Below, in pieces: positions 54,401 to 64,000 of a stretch of DNA of 64,000 nucleotides. Made by a program: the position numbers and the translations under genes. The notes beneath the pieces were generated by a model that was given only the letters and a program-made list of their open reading frames with translations, was not told the DNA's origin and searched no databases. Source of the DNA: Macrostomum lignano (lineage: Eukaryota); contig NIVC01003990.1 of NCBI GenBank assembly GCA_002269645.1, positions 2,129 to 66,128 of the forward strand, read 5' to 3'. Numbering within the stretch: the first letter of the stretch is position 1; every line of letters starts with the position of its first letter.

Positions 54401-57400
54401 GTCACTTGGGGATCACTCAGAAGTTTAACAATATCCTTTAAGATTTTTTCTACTTTATTTAAAGAGACTCAAATAGCATTCCAAACTAAGCCTTCAGTCC
54501 AAATGCTACAGTTAGTAGCTTGATGTCTCAATTAGTCAGCTGTAAAAATTGTAGGACTCATGAAGAAACATACTCATCTCTTCTTGAAGTCACTTTACAT
54601 ATGCACTAGTCTCCAAAATTTGCTTTCATAGCAATCAAGATAAGTTTGTGCCAGCAGGGTCTATATCCAGTGAGGCATAAATCAGCAAGTCAGGGTTAGT
54701 GAAGCTTTGAACTGGCTGAGTCTGATAACATTCTAGCAAATGGCAAATCAATTGTTGCATTTTCAATAGAAGAGTGTCAAGATAGTACATGATTATGCAA
54801 AACTCCTTTTGCCCATGTGAGCTATACAAACAGCAGATCTAGATCTAAGGTTTTGTTTTAAATAAAGTGCAGCTTGCTAATGCATTTAAGACAGTGCAGT
54901 GCCACTTGCAAATATGGCAGAATTCTAATTCCAGGAACCCACCCTTCAGGGACTACTCAATACTTCAGATAAGAAATGTCAAACTTGAAGGCCTATTTAC
55001 CACTGACAAACTCACTGACTACAAGGTAAAACATATCTCAAAGTAATGCTTTTTAAGGACTAATTTATTAATAGATAAGCCTTCAAGTTTCGTCATTTCC
55101 TATCCTGAGTAGTCACCCTTTTATAAACCAACTAATTATTTAAACATTGCTTTGGTATAGTTAAATCTTATACACTATCATAGGAGTAGAGTTGTAAGAA
55201 TTTACTTCAATACAAAACTTAGCAAACTTGTAAAAAGGTATACTTTCAAAGTGGAAGTTTCAACAATGCACCAATTTAGCTTTGTGGATGGCTGTGTGCT
55301 TCTTATATAGTCAAAGTTGATCAAGAAGCCAGTCAGCTTTAAAAACAAAATGAGAAGGGGTAGATTCATTATTCAAAAAGAAACTAATTATATTATAAAA
55401 AGATTGATCAACATAAGAATATAAAGTATATACTTTAAGCTAATAAAGTTATTATGTACACAATTAGAAAAGATGAACTGCATCCAAGTGCTTAATGATA
55501 TATGACAAAAAAGGTTTGCCAATCTAATTGCATCTACTTAAACTAGGAAGCTGGGACTATAAGGCCATAATAAGGAGTTAATCTGCTTGCAGTGTTCACC
55601 ATCTATCAATCCACAGCCTTTCATAAGCCAAACTGAATTGACAAGCTAAAATTTAAGCAGTGGATTTAAATACATACCATATTACTACATTAATACTTGA
55701 AATAAACAAGAAAAAAGGCAAAGATTCTCCTAAGAAAGGAAGCTTTAATTTGTGACAAGCCAATAGTAAACAGTGCTAATTGTGAACATTTTTTCTATTA
55801 GTCTTCTGCACTAGGAAAGTACCTATATAGGGTGTTTGACTTAAAGAAATTCTCTAATATGCCTATAGAGATAAAATGCATTGACTACTAGAATGATGCA
55901 CTCCAATGATACTGTTAATATAGGTTGTCTACTGTCATTTCATCTTGCAGCCTACATTGTAGACATATGTCATGTTCTTCACTACTAGTTTGTTGCATAG
56001 GTAGTATTGAAGGCAAGATTCTATATAGATAAAATGCTCACTTTTTGTCAAAATGTTAGCACATTTACCAATATGATTTTAGCAATAGCTTATAACAAAT
56101 AAGCCATCAAAAAGCACAAAACTTTGAGGCAATAGGAGAGCTTGGTATTGGCATAACTTTTGTTGAATGTTTCTTTAACTTAATAGACTTCATCTGCCTC
56201 TTCTACCAAAATGTTCACAAATGGATTAGGCAAAATTCTATTCAAAGGAACCATATCCTGAACTGAGGCTGAAAAGGTTGAAAGTTTTATCTATTGCCAC
56301 ATTTTTGGACCAATTAATTGCCTGCCCTTGCATGGTCTATATTCTCAAATAAGGAAATAAAGGCCAAATTACCATTGAAAAAAAATGCTTATGGCCTTAT
56401 TGCTAAGTTATTTTCAAAGGGAATTTTTGCTGATATAGTGCATTTTCTATATGGTAGCACCTGGTGTAAGCTATAGCCATAGGCCTTATATTATTTATAA
56501 AATAATAAGATAGGCCAAATAGTAATATTTAAGTCTGCATAATGTATCTAGGATTTTTCAACTTTAGGATGCTTGGGGGATACAGTATATAGATTTCAGT
56601 TGAATACATAATTAAATTTAGTTGAATTCATTGAATTCAGTTTTTAATGGTTTAATAAGTTGTCTTCATAGTAGTGATTCCAATAATGAATAAGTATAAA
56701 ATACGAGTATAAGTATAAGTAGGCATAGGTTGTTATGCCCTAGTATTTTTCCCCTTAAGTAAGCCTAAATATAGTCTATAGCTATATAGTTGTAGTTAAA
56801 TGTAACTAGATAATAATAGTAATTTGATAACTGAGCTATAGTATAATATTCTATAAAAATGTATCAATATATTAATATAATACTTGCATATCATGTATTG
56901 TCTTAGGACTTGGAACCTTGGTTACCTTCGACTAAGACCTGCAGCTATAATAAGCATATAGTGGCAAGCAGATTGCTAGATGGGATTGCAATGATCAAAT
57001 CCAGTACCTACTGGAATCATTAGCTATAGCACCACTTCTATATCACAAATTAGGCAAGAACAGTGTTGGGCACTATTAATGATAATCTTAACTTCCATTA
57101 ATGGCAAATGTGTTAGAATTAAAAAAGTCTTAACTTATTAATTCCTAAGTTTGCTATGTAACTGATAATGATTAATATGCATTAATATATAACATTAACA
57201 CAGAACATAAAGGAGTTTTGCACTTTTTCACAACAACAAACTTCATAATGCACTGTCTTTGGCTTTCCATTTTCTCAGCTGACGCAGAAAGGTTTTCCAA
57301 GTGATTTACAATTTATTAAATAACAAATAGTAAGAAAAAGAAACTTCTTTATTTGAAAATGAAAGGTTAATTATTATTAAAATATGAACATGTAGGCTGT

Positions 57401-57927
57401 TTTAGTAGCACTAGCAGGTGCAACAGAAATTTATGGAAGATTGGTAATATATGGTAAAGAAATGAATGAAGTAATGGTTGTGTAAGCAATAATTAGTTCA
57501 TATTTAAATAATGAATTTAGTTTATAAACCCAAACAGCTTAGGGTCTATATTTGAAATTTTATATCTTCTGACCCTCTGTAGACCTTTACAGTTTACAGT
57601 GTAAATAAGCATAGGATAGAAATGGAAGTGTTGGCTCTCAGTGTAGTATTTGCTATTCTTCCTTAGAATAAATGTCTATCTTTAATTTTTTAATATTGTT
57701 GAACAACTAGAATAAGTGTCAGACGAATGTTTTATTATCTTGTCTTGATTGTCTTGGCAATTGGACAATAACCATTTATTTATAATCCTTCAATTCTGTA
57801 AGTCGGGTATCACTGAGAAAAACCTATTTGAGGGGGTAGCCCAGCTATGATTGTAGTGCTGCCATTAACACTTGTAAGTACATTATGCATTATGCATTGT
57901 TTGCATGCTCTACTAGAAGCAACAGCA

Positions 57928-58251
57928 ATGGCCCAAAAAGCGGCAAGCAGCAGCAATTACATGAAACGGATGGCCTATCTGTCTGGCCGAATTTTTGTTG
58001 ACTTCGCTCGGCCAACGTCTTCTCAGGATCGCAATGTAGCCAGGCGACTGATGGCGGAGCCGTGGGGCCGGCAGCGGGCCGGCTGGTACCCGCCGCTGGA
58101 CAGCTTCAGCTCGATATTCCGCAGCCTGCGCTCTATGGGCGTGTTCAGGGACGAGTACCGGGACTTCCAGGAGGAGATGGACCGGCTTAGAAAACTGCGC
58201 GGCAAAGATTCTAAGCATACTCCGTATTTTAATCGGCAAAAGAAAGACTGA
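57928..58251 (+). CDS. MRPS33: Mitochondrial small-subunit ribosomal protein S33 (mS33), single exon
   Basis: YMKRMAYLSGRIF...RPT...WYP...LRSMGVFRDEYRDFQEEMDRLRKLRGK matches the mS33 family pattern (RMSRLSARLFG...RPT...WYP...LRFLGLYRDEHQDF..E.KRLKKLRGK). Confidence 0.92.
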   Translation: MAQKAASSSNYMKRMAYLSGRIFVDFARPTSSQDRNVARRLMAEPWGRQRAGWYPPLDSFSSIFRSLRSMGVFRDEYRDFQEEMDRLRKLRGKDSKHTPYFNRQKKD

Positions 58252-58871
58252 TTCGTTCATTCACCAGTTATGGTTATTACACATAATTTGAGTGAAGTTA
58301 TTTGTATAGATTTCATAGGCTCAATAAAAGTTCATTAGCTTTTGAGCATTTCAATCAGCAAGCATCAATATGTGTTGGACTTTCTTAATTATTTTTGTTA
58401 CGAATTCTCAGTTTAATTTGTCACTCTTTAGCTGCGTACTAACCGTGACCAACTCTGCTTAACTTGTAATAGGCTGGCTGCCGACGCGCAAAACTCCTTG
58501 GCCACTCTCCCATTCCCCCCTGATACTTAACGAGCTGGGCAATTTCCATTAATTGAAATTCGTTTGAAATTGTTTCTAGTCTAAAAGTACGTATATCTGT
58601 ACTTTAACCCACCAGTACTTAGTACGTAGTACAAGCATAGACACTGCCACAAATGATCATGTATGTAGAATTTATAAGAGATATTGTGATAGTGTTTCGT
58701 ATTGCAAATGTTTCCGATCTTACAAAATATTGTATTTTAAGCTACTTACTAAGTAGTATAAAGCTTCGACTATTCTTTTTATAAAAAATTTCAGCCCACA
58801 ATTTCATCGCTGCTTTCTACACAGCTACTGACAGTAGTGCAGTTGATTTAAAATCTCGCGGTTGTGCTAGA

Positions 58872-61800
58872 ATGTTCTCCACAAACGCCAGCATCCCGGC
58901 CGGGGCTGGCGGCGGCGTCATGGACCACCTGTTCCCCGCCATTGTCCAGTGCTTCGTGGTCATCCTCACCGGCTACGCCGCCTGTCGCACCGGCCTACTG
59001 CCGGAGAGTCAAGCCAAAGGCCTTGGCCGTTTCGTTAGCACTTTTGCATTGCCGTCGCTTATATTTAGATTTATGGTTACAATAGATTTGTCAGGTGTTA
59101 GCTGGGCCTTTCTAGGCTCCATTCTGGCTACTAAAGTTCTGGTGTTCGCCTCTGTGGCGCTGTTCAGCTTCCTGCTGGCCTCCGAGCACCGGCTGGCGAT
59201 TGCCGGCATACTGGGCATCTTCTGCACTCAGACTAACGATTTCGCGCTGGGCTATCCTATATGTGAGCTAATGGCCACACCTGTTGCTGGGCCACCGCCT
59301 CCCAGATCCTCAGTTGCTGGACCAGCCTCCTAGATCTTCAACTGCTGGGCCACCCTCCCAGATCCTCAGTTGCTGGGCCAGCCTCTCACTTGCTGGGCCA
59401 ACACCCCAGATCCTCAGTTGCTGGGCCAGCCTCTCAGATCCTCAGTTACTGGGCCAGCCTCTCAGATCTTCAGTTACTGGGCCAGCCTCTCAGATCCTCA
59501 GTTGCTGGGCCAGCCTCCCAGATCCTCAGTTGCTCGGCCAGACTCTCAGATCCTCAGCTGCTGGGCCAGCCTCCCAGATTCTCAGTTGCTGGGCCAGCCT
59601 CCGAGATCCTCAGTTGCTGGGCCAGCCAGCCTCCTAGATCCTCAGTTGCTGGGCCAGCCTCCTAGATCCTCAGCTGCTGGGCCAGCCTCCCAGATCCTCA
59701 GCTGCTGGGCCAGCCTCCCAGATCCTCAGTTGCTCCTCAGCTGGGCCAGCCTCCCAGATCCTCAGTTGCCCGGCCTCCCAGATCCTCAGAGCCTCCCAGA
59801 TCCTCAGCTGCTGGGCCATTGTTCCTCGGCGCCCATCCACTCTGCATTTCAGTGAACATCCTGTTCCCGTCAATAACCCGCTACCTGTACCTGTTCGCTC
59901 CAATCTCATTCCTGATTATCAATCCAATTGGTTTCATAATGATCGAGATTGACCGGGCTCTGTCAGCGGCAAGTGCTGGAGCAGCAGCTGATGACCAGCT
60001 GTCCGGCTCTGAGCCCGGACAACTGGCAGCCAATAGCGATTGCGCTGCTGTTAAAGAGTCCAGCCAGCCAGAGACTAACAATCGGCAGCGCTGCTTAGAT
60101 GTGCTAGGCGACATTGCCAAAGGCGTCCTACTCAACCCGTTAGTATTCATGTCCGCTCTTGGCGTCATATTCAATTTCATCTGCTCCAGACGCCTGCCAG
60201 AGATAGTGGACTCTGTGTTATCCATATTTGGCAATGCGTTCAGCGCTACAGCACTATTCTATTTGGGCGTTAATATGGTTGGAAAAACTGCCCAGCTGCG
60301 ATCCGGGTCTCTGCTATTCGGACTAATGCTAATTCTCATTATTAAACTGCTTATAGCGCCATTTGTTATGAGAGAGTTAGTGCAGAGCTTCAGGCCTGGT
60401 GTCTATGCTAACGATACTCTGGCCTACTCAACCTTTGCCTTCCTCTATGGCGCCCTGCCACCGGCTCCAACTGTGTTCGTCTATACTGCCCAGTTCTCCA
60501 TCGCTAGTCCGGCACCGGAACTAGTAGCTTCCGGCCTAGTCTCTAGTACATTCCTGTGCGCTCCGCTTATGTACATCTCGTCTCGGCTAATTCTGCTGCC
60601 GATTATGTCGCCAACAGACTATGAACAGTTTATTTGTCACACGTCAATCAATGTCAGCTTGGTTAGCTTGGCTTGTCAACTTGTCACTCTAGCTTATTTA
60701 TTATTAAGTAGGCGAGCATTTCGGGTGCCTCATCTGTTCTTGCTCAGCCTGCTAGCTTGTCACTGTGTCACCTGTCTGGCCATGGTAGTGTCCCAGGCTT
60801 TACCGCAGGATCCTTCTCGTCATCAGCTTAATCTTCTACAATTTGTTGCCTTCTTCTTTGGCGTTGTTGGCACTAGAATTTGGACAGCCGTGCTAGCCGT
60901 ATCCATGCTACTACTGCGAATGCGCGGACTGTGCTATGTACTGAAGTACAAGGCGTACTTTTTCTTTACCGGATTTGGGTGAGTGCTATTTATTGTTACT
61001 TGTGGAATGTCGACTTAACTTCAGGCTGTTCTCGACTAAATGCAGCAGCTGGGGTTGGTTTATGGCCCAGTCTCGGGGTTGGTTTATGGCCCAGTCTCGG
61101 GGTTGGTTTATGGCCCAGTCTCGGGTTGGTTTATGGCCCAGTCTCGGGGTTGGTTTATGGCCCAGTCTCGGGGTTGGTTTATGGCCCAGTCTTGGGGTTG
61201 GTTTATGGCCCAGTCTTGGGGTTGGTTTATGGCCCAGTCTCGGGGTTGGTTTATGGCCCAGTCTCGGGGTTGGTTTATGGCCCAGTCTCGGGGTTGGTTT
61301 ATGGCCAATTCTTGGGGTTGGAGTTGGTTTATGGCCGAGTCTTGTGTTGGAGTTGTTTTATGGCCGAGTCTTTGGTTGGAGTTGGTTTATGGCCGAGTCT
61401 TGGGGTTGGAGTTGGTTTATGGCCGAGTCTTGGGGTTGGAGTTGGTTTATGGCCGAGTCTTGGGGTTGGAGTTGTTTTATGGCCGAGTCTTTGGGGTTGG
61501 AGTTGTTTTATGGCCGAGTCTTGGGGTTGGTTTATAGCCGAGTCTCGGATTAGTTTCTGGCCGAGTCTCGGGTCTCTGGTTGTTTTATGGCCGAGTCTAG
61601 AATTAGTTTATTGCCGAGTCTCGGGCTAGGTTTATGGTGGAAAAACACACGGAAAGCCTTAAGCTGACATTAAATCCCCATTTTATCATTAATCCCCGAG
61701 AGTGCAAGGAAGGAAGTCTGTCAGCGTTTCTAGTCGATTTTAGTTAAAAGTTTAAATACATTATTCAGTTGCTACATGTAAATTATGGAGATTATTATCC

Positions 61801-62859
61801 AAATCCCCCGTTCCCAATCTTAAGGCTGACTACATTTCTGGCGGGCATCATGCTGATTTCCACTACCAATGCTGGCCCGTTAAGGATGTTGATCCTGCAT
61901 TTCAGTTCGGCAAGCGACAGGTATCATGTGTACTTAATCATGCAGTTATTTAGCTTCTAATATGTTCTGTCCTTTATTTTATCAAATCATCTACCCCTTT
62001 TTTCTCTGCCTTCCTCTACAACCTTCACGTCCCTCTGTCTCTTTCTCTCCCCTCTACCCCCTTCTCTCCCCTCTACCCCTTCTCTCCCCTCTACCCCTTC
62101 TCTCCCCTCTACCCCCTTCTCTCCCCTCTACCCCTTCTCTCCCCTCTACCCCCTTCTCTCCCCTCTACCCCCTTCTCTCCCTCTACCCCCTTCTCTCCCA
62201 TCTACCCCTTCTCTCCCTCCCCTCTACCCCCTTCTCTCCTCCTCTCTGCCCTTTCTCTCCTCTCCCTCCCCTCTACACCTTTCCCCCTCTCCCTCCCTCT
62301 ACCCCTTTCCCCCTCTCCCTCCCCTCTACCCCTTTCCCCCTCTCCCTCCCCTCTACCCCTTTCCCCCTCTCCCTTCCCTCTACCCCTTTCCCTCCTCTCC
62401 CTCCCCTCTACCCCTTTCCCTCCTCTCCCTCCCCTCTACCCTTTCCCCCCTCTCCCTCCCCTCTACACATTTCCCCCCTCTCCCTCCCCTCTACACCTTT
62501 CCCTCCTCTCCCTCCCCTCTACACCTTTCTTTCCTCTCCCTCTCTTTTCCACCCATATCTACGCTCGTTATCTCATTCTGGCCCTTACTTACCTCTAGCA
62601 TTATAGTCATTCGCTCCCTCCACCCGCAACAACACAGTACATATTCACAACAGCCGTGCTGGTGCCCTGCCTAGTCTGCACCGTGGCCTCCCTCGTGCTG
62701 CACCACCGGCTGAGCTACCAGCCAAGACCTGGCTACGAGAGCCTGCCAGCCTCCGACGAAGAGGCCGACGGTTTGCCGGCAGCGTCAACTGATAACTCAT
62801 TTGGCGACGAGGACGCCGGCGAGGCTAGCGGCATCGGATCGCCGGATTTCTCTGTGCAG
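58872..62859 (+). CDS. GPR155: GPR155/LYCHOS lysosomal cholesterol-sensor homolog, 5' exons: 58872-59262, 59853-60978, 61825-61920, 62638-62859; likely continues beyond the window
   Basis: LFPAIVQCF...QAKGLGRFVSTFALPSLIF...IFCTQTNDFALGYPI; YLYLFAPISFLIINPIGF; LNPLVFM; GALPPAPTVFVY; CAPLMYIS; DPAFQFGKRQ. Exon 3 needs one extra C at about 61877. Confidence 0.92.
59280..59820. repeat. Degenerate minisatellite (about 30-bp CCAGATCCTCAGTTGCTGGGCCAGCCTC units) in GPR155 intron 1
   Basis: Directly visible. Confidence 0.9.
61068..61635. repeat. Minisatellite of 24-bp (GGGGTTGGTTTATGGCCCAGTCTC) units grading into about 30-bp units, GPR155 intron 2
   Basis: Directly visible. Confidence 0.92.
62040..62535. 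repeat. Polypyrimidine (CT-rich) minisatellite, roughly 18-bp units becoming longer, GPR155 intron 3
   Basis: CCCCTCTACCCCTTCTCT units. Confidence 0.9.
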
Positions 62860-63214
62860 GTAGGCAGAGAGGCTTGGTGATGTTCTCTTTGCCCTGTATG
62901 CTCAATGCAGCTCTGGGTTTAGTGTCTGGCCTGGCAACACTAACGGGCGTCAATACTTTTAGTTTTGGTACGGGGCTTGTGCATTGGCTTGAAATTGAGA
63001 CCATCAATTGAGACCATTGAGGTTAAGCACCATCGGCAAAGGTTAGTACGCATAATCAGCCCGAAGGCAGGCATCATGTTAGTTTCGGCAAAGGTTAGTA
63101 CGCATAATCAGCCCGAAGGCAGGCATCATGTTAGTTTTGCAGGGTAAGGTAGGGGGTCTGGGCGCTGCCGAAACTCAATGCAAAAGTCGATCTGCAGCAA
63201 GGGTCTTTGTGTGT

Positions 63215-64000
63215 GGTTTATGGCCGAGTCTCGGGTTAGTTTATGTCCGAGTCTTGTCTTGGAGTTGGTTTATGGCCGAGTCTCGGGTTAGTTTATGTCC
63301 GAATCTTGTCTTGGAGTTGGTTTATGGCCGAGTCTCGGGTTAGTTTATGTCCGAGTCTTGTCTTGGAGTTGGTTTATGGCCGAGTCTCGGGTTAGTTTAT
63401 GTCCGAGTCTTGTCTTGGAGTTGGTTTATGGCCGAGTCTCGGGTTAGTTTATGTCCGAATCTTGTCTTGGAGTTGGTTTATGGCCGAGTCTCGGGTTAGT
63501 TTATGTCCAAATCTTGTCTTGGAGTTGGTTTATGGCCGAGTCTTGGAGTTAGTTTATGTCCGAGTCTTGTCTTGGAGTTGGTTTATGGCCGAGTCTTGGA
63601 GTTAGTTTATGTCCGAGTCTTGTCTTGGAGTTGGTTTATGGCCGAGTCTCTGGTTAGTTTATGTCCGAATCTTGTCTTGGAGTTGGTTTATGGCCGAGTC
63701 TCGGGTTAGTTTATGTCCGAATCTTGTCTTGGAGTTGGTTTATGGCCGAGTCTCGGGTTAGTTTATGTCGCGAGTCTTGTCTTGGAGTTGGTTTATGGCC
63801 GAGTCTCAGGTTAGTTTATGTCCGAGTCTTGTCTTGGAGTTGGTTTATGGCCGAGTCTCGGGTTAGTTTATGTCCGAATCTTGTCTTGGAGTTGGTTTAT
63901 GGCCGAGTCTCGGGTTAGTTTATGTCCGAATCTTGTCTTGGAGTTGGTTTATGGCCGAGTCTCGGGTTAGTTTATGTCCGAGTCTTGTCTTGGAGTTGGT
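63215..64000. repeat. 52-bp higher-order satellite (23 + 29 bp subunits), runs off the window
   Basis: Unit GGTTTATGGCCGAGTCTCGGGTTAGTTTATGTCCGAGTCTTGTCTTGGAGTT. Confidence 0.95.

Noticed and set aside
54300-56400. Possible decayed transposase (PIVNSANCEHFF at about 55765-55795 resembles the hAT SAxCERxFS motif)
   Set aside because: It is a single short motif amid many stops, and I could not extend it by eye; it needs tBLASTn/HMM after CpG restoration.
59284-63918. Multiple ORFs in GPR155 introns (DPQLLGQP, GLWPSLGV and similar)
   Set aside because: Translations of intronic minisatellites. The flanking GPR155 exons splice in phase around them, given the single-base correction in exon 3.

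Overview
Eukaryotic (animal) genomic DNA with short GT-AG introns and many repeats. Gene content and style best fit a free-living flatworm such as Macrostomum (inference, not proven). Left to right: (1) 3' part of a LOA/R1-superclade non-LTR retrotransposon (APE-RT-RNase H-CCHC) abutting a 20-bp satellite; (2) multi-exon ZCCHC14/ZCCHC2-like SAM-domain gene (-); (3) compact TRPV/TRPA-like channel ORF (+); (4) four-exon gene fusing about 9-11 ankyrin repeats to a Mab-21/cGAS-like nucleotidyltransferase (cGLR-like, +); (5) degenerate second TRP-like copy (-); (6) probable secreted two-repeat-domain protein hidden in two minisatellites (-); (7) second, convergent ankyrin-cGLR paralog (-) with a 4-bp duplication and a nonsense codon; (8) 5'-truncated Penelope-like element with a 13-bp TSD and a candidate hammerhead ribozyme; (9) intact three-exon piwi (-); (10) about 13 kb of AT-rich, strongly CpG-depleted repeat debris; (11) MRPS33 and the 5' part of GPR155/LYCHOS (+) with satellite-filled introns. 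The most interesting signal is the interleaved, locally duplicated cluster of ankyrin-cGLR enzymes and TRP-like channels at 17.6-32.9 kb. Caveat: many ORFs carry single-base deletions in short homopolymers, which may be assembly errors rather than real pseudogenisation. All alignments and counts were done by eye.
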